From: a virus
Direction: 5' to 3' (one strand)
IMG/VR virus record: IMGVR_UViG_3300032288_003949
Location: 16,926 to 80,925 of that record
DNA length: 64,000 nt
The notes beneath the pieces were generated by a model. The model made no database searches. It was not told the DNA's origin and was given only the letters and a program-made list of their open reading frames with translations. Position 1 is the first letter of the stretch, and each line of letters opens with the position of its first letter. Position numbers and translations under genes: made by a program. Of the stretch, positions 1-7,785 are shown piece by piece.

Positions 1-1741
1 CATCGCAGAGCATGTTGGGGCCTACGGAGTGATCACCGTGCTTCGTGCATTTCCCGTTCTCGTAGTACTCGCAGGTTTCACAGCGCATGTCTCCAGCGCG
101 GGCCTCGCGTAGGTTCGGCGGACCCTCTGGTGCAGCGACTGCATTGCCGTCTGTTGCGGCCTCTGCGTCGCCTGCGTCAGACATGGCATCTTCCCGCAGG
201 TTCTCCCAGTCAGGCACGAAGGCTTCGCGCATGTTGAGCGGGCGGCCAGCAGGACGCTTGGCTCGGTCTAGCAGGAAGTTCATGTCTTTCTTAGTCATCT
301 CTCCCACCGGCTTGCCCATCTTGTCTTGCATCGCGGCTGCGGTTTGTGCGCCGACAATGCCGTCCACCTGCAGATTGTTCATCTGCTGGAACTGTCTTAC
401 GGCGGCCTCGGTTGCAGAGTCGAACTTGCCGGAAGCATTTTGCATTCCCAGATCCTTCTGGACACCGCGAACCGCTGCGCCCTTTGAGCCAACGGTTATC
501 CACCTTCCGCCGCGTCCTCTTGGGTGCTTCTTCTCAAACTCAGGGTCTTCCACCTGTCCACGGGGATTGCCCTGCTTATCGTAGGCAATCTTGCCACCTG
601 GCCCCATGCGAGCGTTGCGCCACTTGGCGTAGGAGCTCAGCGCTGGGGATCCGCCAGCGGATTCTTCCAGCTGGTCGTTGGAAACCTTGCCGTTGAGCTT
701 CTTCTGGGTCTTAGGTCCGGCTACGCCGTCTGCCTTGAGTCCGATGCGGCGCTGGATTGCCTTGAGTGCTCGCTCAGTATGGATCCCGAAGACGCCATCT
801 ACGCCCGCATCGCCGACGCTTGCCTCCATGATCCAGAGCTGGGCCTGAAGCTTGGCAACGGCTTCTCCCTCCGCCCCACGCTGGAGCGACTCCTGCATCT
901 GCGCTGCGGCCATGTTGTCGACAAGGTTCGGATACTTGCGCCCTGCCTTCTTCGCCCGTGCCTTCGCAGCGGCCTTCTGCTTATCGGTCAGCTTCTTGCC
1001 CTTCTTGCCCTTCGGGTTCTTCTTCTCCCACGGCGGCGTGTCTTCTGCCATGTCGCCTTCGCTGAGCTGTCCGAAGGACTCTGCAAGTGCGCGAAGCTCG
1101 TCGACTTCGTCAGCGAGCAGGTCGGCAACCTTCTTCATATCGCGGGGCTCTGCTGCGGGGCCACCAAGCCGTCCGATCTTGACTGACTCCGACAGGTCTG
1201 CCTCCATGAGCTCAATCGCCTTCTTGACGATCTCCTGCTTACCGACTGTCTTCGGCTCGCGGAGCAGCGGGAGCATGCCTTCGGCGACGATGAGCCGCTT
1301 CTTGACGAGTTGTCCGATCTCCTTGGCGACCTTGTCATCGCAGTGCATCTCCATGAGATCGTCGGCTGCGGTCAGATCAAAGGCCTCTTGGAGTTCTGCT
1401 GTTTCCTTCAGAGACTTGGCTGCGGTCTTCGCCTTGGACTTGGCTCGCTTGGCCTCCCAAGATGCGACAGCGGCACAAGCCTTGGCGCGGGTCGTGGGCT
1501 TCAGGTCACCGCCGTTCCAGTTCTTTCCGGTTGAGCACCAGCGCTTTGTCGTGGCGACGGCGGAAGCGATGGCCTGACCGATGGGCCGCCCGCGCTCGTA
1601 GTGCATGTGCTTTGCGATCCGTTCGATGTAGCTCGGAAGACCGCCCGTCTTGTCCACCCAGTTCTGCTTGCCAGGGACACGCTCCAGATCGGGATAGACC
1701 CGACTGCTTACTTCTTGGAGTTCGTTACGAGAAGGTGGCAC
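1..1741 (-). CDS. Large head-region protein (3' end runs off window) with two PG_binding_1-like domains; probable internal head polyprotein. Absent from ORF track
   Basis: Read manually from GTG at 1741: MPPSRNELQEVSSRVYPDLERVPGKQNWVDKTGGLPSYIERIAKH..., open to base 1. PG-binding repeats LQRGAEGEAVAKLQ..VDGVFG..T..ALKAIQ..GLKADGVAGPKT and GSKGAAVRGVQ..GKFDSATEAAVRQFQ..LQVDGIVGAQT. TAGCAT lies 7 nt upstream. Confidence 0.85.
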   Translation of the reverse strand, partial: MPPSRNELQEVSSRVYPDLERVPGKQNWVDKTGGLPSYIERIAKHMHYERGRPIGQAIASAVATTKRWCSTGKNWNGGDLKPTTRAKACAAVASWEAKRAKSKAKTAAKSLKETAELQEAFDLTAADDLMEMHCDDKVAKEIGQLVKKRLIVAEGMLPLLREPKTVGKQEIVKKAIELMEADLSESVKIGRLGGPAAEPRDMKKVADLLADEVDELRALAESFGQLSEGDMAEDTPPWEKKNPKGKKGKKLTDKQKAAAKARAKKAGRKYPNLVDNMAAAQMQESLQRGAEGEAVAKLQAQLWIMEASVGDAGVDGVFGIHTERALKAIQRRIGLKADGVAGPKTQKKLNGKVSNDQLEESAGGSPALSSYAKWRNARMGPGGKIAYDKQGNPRGQVEDPEFEKKHPRGRGGRWITVGSKGAAVRGVQKDLGMQNASGKFDSATEAAVRQFQQMNNLQVDGIVGAQTAAAMQDKMGKPVGEMTKKDMNFLLDRAKRPAGRPLNMREAFVPDWENLREDAMSDAGDAEAATDGNAVAAPEGPPNLREARAGDMRCETCEYYENGKCTKHGDHSVGPNMLCD

Positions 1742-1787
1742 TGTGCGAATGCTAAAGGTTGTGGCTCAGGGTTCCCGAAAATGACTT

Positions 1788-2060
1788 TCAGCGTGTCGCC
1801 CTAGCTGCGAGCGCGTCGATGAAGCGTTCGATGTCGATCCGATTGCCCTGATCGTGGTAGCAATCGTCCCAGACCTTCTTCGTAGAGATTAGTGCGTCTT
1901 TCCATTCTTGGCGGCTCTGCTTATCGTGCGGCCAGCGGACTCGTTGAAGGGCGATTTTCCACGCATGCTCAAAAGAGATTTGCCGCCCCTTCATGGCGAC
2001 AAGTTCCTGAAGCAACTGTTGTGGTGGTGTCGGCCTAGTCTTTCTCGCTGGTGTTGGCAT
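1788..2060 (-). CDS. Hypothetical protein
   Basis: ORF track; likely start MPTPARK at 2060; co-oriented with neighbours. Confidence 0.6.
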   Translation of the reverse strand: MPTPARKTRPTPPQQLLQELVAMKGRQISFEHAWKIALQRVRWPHDKQSRQEWKDALISTKKVWDDCYHDQGNRIDIERFIDALAARATR

Positions 2061-2235
2061 CGGCCCCGCGCATCTGAACCTGCGCGTCGCCCCTGTAGGT
2101 TGCAATGGCTGCCATCATCAGTCGCAGTTCCCGTTCAATCGCAGCGAGGGAGCGATCCCGTTCGGCGGGATCCGCGAGAGATGCCTGCTGGACCTCGATG
2201 AAGTTTCGGAGAGCTGTTACTTCGGGCAGTGACAT
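2035..2235 (-). CDS. Hypothetical small helical protein
   Basis: ORF track 66 aa; packed between NUDIX gene and next gene. Confidence 0.55.
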   Translation of the reverse strand: MSLPEVTALRNFIEVQQASLADPAERDRSLAAIERELRLMMAAIATYRGDAQVQMRGADANTSEKD

Positions 2236-2250
2236 GGCTCGGAGTGTGAA

Positions 2251-2802
2251 TCAGCCTTCGGACGGAATGATCTGTTCGACGATCCGGCGGTCTTGCTCAT
2301 GGGTGAGCAGCTTCATGGCTTCTGCGGGCTCCACCCAGCGAAGCTCGTCGACTTCTTCGTTGGGCTGAAAGGCATCCATCTCGTTTGGCCGCATCAGGAA
2401 GTATCTGACGATCTTCTCGTCGTTGACCGACGGGTTGAGTTCTCTGGTCGGCTCGGCGCTGATGCCCGTTTCTTCCAGGACTTCCCGCACTGCGGTCTGC
2501 TCGGCTTCTTCGTCGGCTTCTGGTTTGCCCTTCGGCAGCGACCAGTCGTCCTGTTTCGTTCGATGGATGACGGCGATCTTCGGCATGTCGCCTTCTTCGT
2601 CTAGGACTACGCCACCTGCGGATGTTTCGGAATCTACTCCCGTCGGGATGTCTGAGCGATACAAACTTCTAGTGGCCATCCAGATCGTGGCATCGTCACC
2701 ACCAATCTCAGCCGCCGCACGAACAGCGGCGCGAGATGCCATATCCCATCTCGCTCGCTGTTCTGGCGTTGTCACATACTCGGGATAGCTTCGCTCCGGC
2801 AT
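2251..2802 (-). CDS. NUDIX hydrolase with N-terminal extension
   Basis: Nudix box WSLPKGKPEADEEAEQTAVREVLEETG; start moved to MPERSY (TAGTCT 7 nt upstream). Confidence 0.9.
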   Translation of the reverse strand: MPERSYPEYVTTPEQRARWDMASRAAVRAAAEIGGDDATIWMATRSLYRSDIPTGVDSETSAGGVVLDEEGDMPKIAVIHRTKQDDWSLPKGKPEADEEAEQTAVREVLEETGISAEPTRELNPSVNDEKIVRYFLMRPNEMDAFQPNEEVDELRWVEPAEAMKLLTHEQDRRIVEQIIPSEG

Positions 2803-2812
2803 GCCCTTCAGA

Positions 2813-3256
2813 CTACCGCCCTTCGCCGATGTTATCCAGCCAGTCCTCCAGCGCCCTTTCGTCGCTGAGTTCCCATCGGTCGTCTTCACCTTCGCGGTGA
2901 ATGTCCAGCAGTGTTGCCCAGACCTCGTGGTAGAGATCGGCCCGCTCGCGGTTGCGCTTGGCTACCGCGTTCTTGAAGTTGCCGTAGTCGATCTCGGTCA
3001 TGAGTCGCAGGCTGAGTTCCATCCATGCCTGTCGCGGCACGATGAGCCGCCAGTGGTAATCAGCCTGTGGTGTATGCACGATCTTGTCGGTGTCGAAGCC
3101 GTCGACGCTGGCCGACTTGTAGTCGCGCCTCACTGCATCGGCGAGTTCGCACAGGTTGACCAGATCATCGCGGGATCTCGCCCGCACCATCAGGACCTGC
3201 AGGTCATCGTTGTGTTCAACCACGCTGTAGAAGCCGTATTTCGTTTGAAGCCACAT
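2813..3256 (-). CDS. Conserved phage hypothetical protein (MWLxTKYGFxSVV type)
   Basis: ORF track; AAGGAGG RBS. Confidence 0.75.
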   Translation of the reverse strand: MWLQTKYGFYSVVEHNDDLQVLMVRARSRDDLVNLCELADAVRRDYKSASVDGFDTDKIVHTPQADYHWRLIVPRQAWMELSLRLMTEIDYGNFKNAVAKRNRERADLYHEVWATLLDIHREGEDDRWELSDERALEDWLDNIGEGR

Positions 3257-3315
3257 GATTCCTCCTTGGGTAATGTCAGGGACGACAGGATACCCCTGCC
3301 GCCCCTAACAGTCAA

Positions 3316-4323
3316 CTAGGCTGCGAGGACCAGTTCCAGACCGCGCTGCTTCAGGTCATGGTCTTCGAAGCTCCGTGCCATCTGATCGGTTCGCACCGTG
3401 TAGCGGCGATACCAGTCGGCATACTCCGCTACCGCGTTGGCCGCGCACCACTTGGTTCCAGGGCTGTTGCCGCGTGTGTCTCCGTTCGGATTCAGTCCTT
3501 CGAAGATGCTCATCAGCATCTCGCGGGACTCCTCGCGGTTCTTGCGGGCCAGTTCGCCGAGGTCATCGATCTTGTCCAGTCCGAGCAGCGGGCTTACCAC
3601 TCGCTCGTCGTAGGCATTCGGTGACATCGGGATCTGGGCGAGCTCATCGCCAAGCTTCTTGAAGGCCGCGTCCCAGTCAAGCGTGAGCTGCATGACCTTT
3701 CGTGCCTCGTTGAGCTTCGCGTCCAGATCGCCTGTGTGCCGGAACCTGTAGCTGCGGTTTGCGCTCCCGCGCATCGCCCAGCCGAGGGTGTTGGCGCAGA
3801 CTACCCGCACATTGGTCGCTGCGGCGGTGACCGCCATGCTCCCGTCGTGCGAGTTGGCGCAGTAGACATAGCGCATCACTTCGTCGCCGCCTACTTCCAC
3901 CATCTCAGGGATGACCGCGAGCACCCAGACGCGCCTGCCGTTCTGCAGGCTGCCTGCGGTTTCGATCTGGACATCTGTTCCGAGGACCGCATCCAGCCAT
4001 GCGAATGCGTCCCTGTTCGGCACGACCTTGTAGTCCTTGCCGACGATGCCGAGAACATGCCGCGTGTCCTGTCGGATGTTCGCCATCCATCCATCCACCT
4101 GCGTGAGCGTGGACTCTGCTGCTGGCACATACATGCCCTTCTCGTTGTCAGTGACAGGCCCCATCGTGAAGAGTGGGTGCTGCTCCACTTCCCATGTGAG
4201 TCCTGAGAGTTCCAGCGCGTGGTCGATGTCGGACGGGTAGTCGTCCAGCACCGCGCCCAGGCCATGCCAAGGCACCTTCCGCACTGAGAACATTGAATCG
4301 TGCTGCAGGATTTCGTGACTCAT
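3316..4323 (-). CDS. DUF932 / phage-plasmid-like protein
   Basis: MSHEI..MFSVRKVPWHGLG, ETAGSLQNGRRVW, NSHDGS, RVVCANTL; AAGGAG RBS and promoter upstream. Confidence 0.9.
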   Translation of the reverse strand: MSHEILQHDSMFSVRKVPWHGLGAVLDDYPSDIDHALELSGLTWEVEQHPLFTMGPVTDNEKGMYVPAAESTLTQVDGWMANIRQDTRHVLGIVGKDYKVVPNRDAFAWLDAVLGTDVQIETAGSLQNGRRVWVLAVIPEMVEVGGDEVMRYVYCANSHDGSMAVTAAATNVRVVCANTLGWAMRGSANRSYRFRHTGDLDAKLNEARKVMQLTLDWDAAFKKLGDELAQIPMSPNAYDERVVSPLLGLDKIDDLGELARKNREESREMLMSIFEGLNPNGDTRGNSPGTKWCAANAVAEYADWYRRYTVRTDQMARSFEDHDLKQRGLELVLAA

Positions 4324-4575
4324 TTCCTGCTCCTTTCTGGTCGGTTGCACGACACACTGTATCACACATTTCTCGGAGTCAGAAATTGTCGTGGTGGACG
4401 ACACTTAGTCCATCAGACCTGTAGTCGCGCTAGTAGTAGTCTGTGGCCACGCGCTTGCCGCGTTGCCCGCAGGTCGCGCAGGCGCTCTGTGCCTCGACCT
4501 TTGCCTTCGGGTTAGTCCCATCGATCTCCCAGCGCTTATTGCACTTCTGGCAGACCATCTGGAGCCAAGGCCGCT

Positions 4576-4773
4576 TTAGTCGACCCGCCATCCGCTCTCC
4601 CAGAGTTCGTGTTGGCTCTTAAACCTGGCGATGGGCCGTTTCGTGTCGTAGTCGAACACGGTCAGGCCAGCCTGCTCGCGCAAGTAGCCCAAGAGCATGC
4701 CATCTTTCTCTGCCTTCTTCATCGGCAGCATTGGGCGACACGGCCAGAGTGAGGGCTGGTCAATCAGTTCCAT
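4576..4773 (-). CDS. Hypothetical protein
   Basis: MELIDQPSLWP...SGWRVD; overlapping run of small genes. Confidence 0.55.
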   Translation of the reverse strand: MELIDQPSLWPCRPMLPMKKAEKDGMLLGYLREQAGLTVFDYDTKRPIARFKSQHELWESGWRVD

Positions 4774-5008
4774 CTGCGTCGGGATCCGGCAGCCCGTAGT
4801 AATCGTGGTGTGCAATTACGCTGGTATCGATCCTAAGCCCTGAGCTCAGTCGCTCTGCTTTCTCCCGCAGGGTGATGCCGTCGCAAAACAGATTGGAGCA
4901 TCCGATGGTCGGCTTGCCAGTCTCGTTGTTAATGATCAGCCACTTGCGCTGCGAGACTGGCTCGGCCTTCCCGCCGATCTTTCGTTGTGCTGTCTTTCGT
5001 TTACTCAA
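4760..5008 (-). CDS. Hypothetical protein
   Basis: ORF track; overlaps neighbours at both ends. Confidence 0.5.
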   Translation of the reverse strand: MSKRKTAQRKIGGKAEPVSQRKWLIINNETGKPTIGCSNLFCDGITLREKAERLSSGLRIDTSVIAHHDYYGLPDPDADGTD

Positions 5009-5195
5009 GGTGATCAGGCTCTCTTTCGATCCACGCTACGGTTGCAATCGCATCGGACAGATCCTTCACTGGGATCGCACCAACCTTTGGCTGGGTCGGG
5101 TGAATCACCCAGAGTTCCTTGCCGCCGCGATAGATGTAGCTCGCGCCAGACTTGGCTTCAAGGTGGATGCTGCTGATCCCTTCCGGAAACTTCAA
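5001..5195 (-). CDS. Hypothetical protein
   Basis: ATGA-coupled to upstream gene. Confidence 0.6.
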   Translation of the reverse strand: MKFPEGISSIHLEAKSGASYIYRGGKELWVIHPTQPKVGAIPVKDLSDAIATVAWIEREPDHLE

Positions 5196-5431
5196 TTCAT
5201 TTCCAGACGAAACTCCATGCAGATGGGCAGGTCTTCCGGCATGTCCTTCGGCACTTCTTCAAGCTCATGCAGGTCGCCGTTCTGATCTCTGGCAGCGAGC
5301 CCATTGTTGGTCGGCACCGTAAAGGTGACCTTCTTGCGGCTGTCGGTCGCTTCCGAGTCCCGCATCTGCATCTGGGCCTTCAGCGGCTGTCCGTTCTTGT
5401 CGACGGTAATCACCGTCGGGCGCGTCATCAT
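5192..5431 (-). CDS. Hypothetical protein
   Basis: AAGGAG RBS; TGgTAGATT extended -10 upstream. Confidence 0.7.
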   Translation of the reverse strand: MMTRPTVITVDKNGQPLKAQMQMRDSEATDSRKKVTFTVPTNNGLAARDQNGDLHELEEVPKDMPEDLPICMEFRLEMN

Positions 5432-5457
5432 GGTTTCTCCTTCGGTCGGTTGCTCAG

Positions 5458-5805
5458 TTAATCTACCACATTACTGCGGTCGAATCTCCTGATAATCAGA
5501 GCAAGGTGCTTGCGCTTCCGCTCTGGGAGGCGGGCAAGTGTCGTCTGATAGTTGAAGCCAAGCTGCCGCATGATTCGATGTGCTTTTGCCGGACCCACAG
5601 ATCGGATGCACTCCAGAAGGGACCTGACTTCAATGCCTTCAAGGTCTTTCGGCGGGTCACATATGAGTTCGCCGAGCTCTCGGATTGTGATATCTCCGCA
5701 GCGTATCTCCTGCTTGACATGTGCGCGGTAGTAGCGGACCTTGTTCGCCCCCTTGAGTGCTTTCATTCGCTGCTTCAGTGCGGCATCCATCTTTACGGCG
5801 GTCAT
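5458..5805 (-). CDS. mihF: Actinobacterial-type integration host factor (mIHF/sIHF, H2TH) homologue
   Basis: QRMKALKGANKVRYYRAHVKQEIRCG..DPP..VRSLLECIRSVGPAKAHRIMRQLGF..TLARLPERKR follows the mIHF pattern. Confidence 0.75.
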   Translation of the reverse strand: MTAVKMDAALKQRMKALKGANKVRYYRAHVKQEIRCGDITIRELGELICDPPKDLEGIEVRSLLECIRSVGPAKAHRIMRQLGFNYQTTLARLPERKRKHLALIIRRFDRSNVVD

Positions 5806-5905
5806 TTGACTCCCTTCTCGGTGTTTGCGGGATCACCGTATCACGATTTCTGCGCCGATGTTTCATGCTAGGATGCCGTCCTGTGCAACCGACCAAGGAG
5901 GAACT

Positions 5906-6202
5906 ATGGATACGCGTCTTGCTTCAACCGCTGAGCTTCGCGTGGCGGCGGAACGCTCGCGGGCCGAAGGGTTCAATCGTCAGGTGTCCGTGCGTCTGGC
6001 TGACCAGCTAGATGTCGACGGCACCCATCTGATCATCCCGCTGATGGTGCATGAGCATGTCGGCGGCGAACTCGCTGTGCCGCACTTGCGGTGCAAGGTC
6101 ATGATGAAGCTCACTGGGCGCTCTGCTCCCTACAACGAAGTCGCTGACTTCCGTTGCGATGATGTGGAGTCGTTGCGGATCGTCCAACAGGACATCGCGT
6201 GA
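5906..6202 (+). CDS. Hypothetical protein (paralogue of next gene)
   Basis: AAGGAGG RBS, TGcTAGGAT promoter. Confidence 0.75.
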   Translation: MDTRLASTAELRVAAERSRAEGFNRQVSVRLADQLDVDGTHLIIPLMVHEHVGGELAVPHLRCKVMMKLTGRSAPYNEVADFRCDDVESLRIVQQDIA

Positions 6203-6537
6203 GCGCCGCGAAGACACGGGTCGTGTCTACCGATGAGTTGCGCGGTCTTGCGGGCTCCGCGAAGGCTTCCGGTTTCAAGACCACTGTCTCTCCACTGCTG
6301 AACCTGGATCCGAATGGCATCCACATTCTCCAGCAGGTCTTTGTCGCTGGCGATGTCGACGACGAGGACATTGAGGCGCGGATCCGTGCGATTGTTCTTG
6401 CCAAGATCTCTGGGAAGGACAAGGCGCATATGTGTCTGGTGGAGGTTCAGATGTCTGATTGGCTGCCACTTGAGACGCTGGATCAGTTTGAGGCTCGTAA
6501 GGATGCGGCTTCCATGAAGTGGCTGGCCCGTCAGTAA
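6199..6537 (+). CDS. Hypothetical protein (paralogue of previous gene)
   Basis: GTGA-coupled; aligns by eye with 5906..6202. Confidence 0.75.
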   Translation: MSAAKTRVVSTDELRGLAGSAKASGFKTTVSPLLNLDPNGIHILQQVFVAGDVDDEDIEARIRAIVLAKISGKDKAHMCLVEVQMSDWLPLETLDQFEARKDAASMKWLARQ

Positions 6538-6552
6538 TTCCGCTCGCTGTTG

Positions 6553-6586
6553 TGCTACACTGTGTAGCGCAATCCGACGAAGGAGG
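6553..6586 (+). promoter_or_regulatory. Extended -10 promoter overlapping palindromic operator, followed by RBS
   Basis: TGcTACACT; perfect GCTACA-CTG-TGTAGC at 6554-6568; AGGAGG at 6581-6586. Confidence 0.75.
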
Positions 6587-6590
6587 AATG

Positions 6591-7043
6591 ATGTTCGAAG
6601 TCAAGGAAGTTGAGAAGCGCAAGCGGACTGACTACCGCAGCTGGCGGGAGTACACCGCGAAGCCTCGGGCGTATGTGTTCCTCGATGAGGAGACCATCGC
6701 TCAGAACTTCGGGGCTCGGTTCAACCGTCCCTACAAGCTCTACCGCCCGCTGGTGCTGAAGGCGCTGGAGGATCTCGGCATCGAAGGTGCCAAGATCAGT
6801 TGGCGGCAGAAGGCTGGCTGCACTTGTGGCTGCTCGCCAGGTTTCGTGATCGATCTGCCTGATGGGATTGAAGAGGCAAGCGAGTGCTTCGATCTCTACA
6901 TCAGCGTGTCCGGCCCGCCGACCGAGATCGATGAGGCGGGTGCTTTCCGGCTCGCTCAGCTTATCGGCCCCGAAGAGGCGCTGAAGGTTCAGCGTGAGAC
7001 GGAGCGGGCGCTCATCCGCGAGCTTGAGGAGGTGGGGGTCTGA
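6591..7043 (+). CDS. Hypothetical protein (W.QKAGC.CGCSPGF motif)
   Basis: Strong RBS; Cys motif. Confidence 0.8.
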   Translation: MFEVKEVEKRKRTDYRSWREYTAKPRAYVFLDEETIAQNFGARFNRPYKLYRPLVLKALEDLGIEGAKISWRQKAGCTCGCSPGFVIDLPDGIEEASECFDLYISVSGPPTEIDEAGAFRLAQLIGPEEALKVQRETERALIRELEEVGV

Positions 7044-7477
7044 TGGGTCAGTATCACTTCGTTTGCAACATCGACAAGAAGGAGTATCTGGATCCGCATC
7101 GGATGGGTGACGGGCTGAAACTGCTGGAGTTCGGCTGTTCTGGCTCCGGCACGATGCTCGGCTTGGCGATTCTTCTCGCCGAGCAGAACGGTCGCGGCGG
7201 TGGGGATCTGCGCGGCAAGCATGGAGTCATTGGTAGCTGGGCTGGTGACAGGATCACGCTGATCGGCGACTATTTCGATGCCGATGATCCTGTCGCGGGC
7301 GCTCTGCCGGAGACTCCTTGGCAGCAGGACTCTGGTGAGGGGCCTTGGCGCGAGATCTCTGGCGAGGTTCGTGAGGCACTTCAGGGCGATCAGTATGTCG
7401 CCGAGGAGTTGCGGCCTGATATCAAGGCCAAGTACGATGCCATGCTGTCCAGCCGAGAAACGCAGGATCAGTCGTGA
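7043..7477 (+). CDS. Conserved phage hypothetical protein (MGQY..N.DKKE..GLKL.E..G.WAGDRI..GDY)
   Basis: TGATG coupling; familiar phage motif. Confidence 0.8.
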   Translation: MGQYHFVCNIDKKEYLDPHRMGDGLKLLEFGCSGSGTMLGLAILLAEQNGRGGGDLRGKHGVIGSWAGDRITLIGDYFDADDPVAGALPETPWQQDSGEGPWREISGEVREALQGDQYVAEELRPDIKAKYDAMLSSRETQDQS

Positions 7478-7785
7478 CCACGCTTCAGACAGACACCTTG
7501 CGGGCCATTTCCGCCGATTCCTACGAATGGGATTCGGAGGCGGAGGGGAATGTTGGCGCGTCGAAGGGTCGCGGTTTCATCATTGTGCGGCGGGATGCTC
7601 CTGTTAAGGACATCCTGCTCGCCAATGGCCGTCCAGGAGCCGGATCTCCTGTTCTTGCGGAGGTCTGGCTGGAGGCTCGCGGCGCGATGCGGATCAACTT
7701 CACCGTGACGGAAGATCTGGAGGGCATTGACCCGATTGAGTTCTCTGGCCTGCTGGAGCGGGCCGAGAACGAACTCTGTTCCTAG
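7474..7785 (+). CDS. Hypothetical protein
   Basis: GTGA coupling; converges on the 1781-aa gene. Confidence 0.65.
   Translation: MTTLQTDTLRAISADSYEWDSEAEGNVGASKGRGFIIVRRDAPVKDILLANGRPGAGSPVLAEVWLEARGAMRINFTVTEDLEGIDPIEFSGLLERAENELCS

Noticed and set aside
87-1804. Plus-strand ORFs at the window start
   Set aside because: Antisense to the uninterrupted minus-strand PG-binding protein gene.
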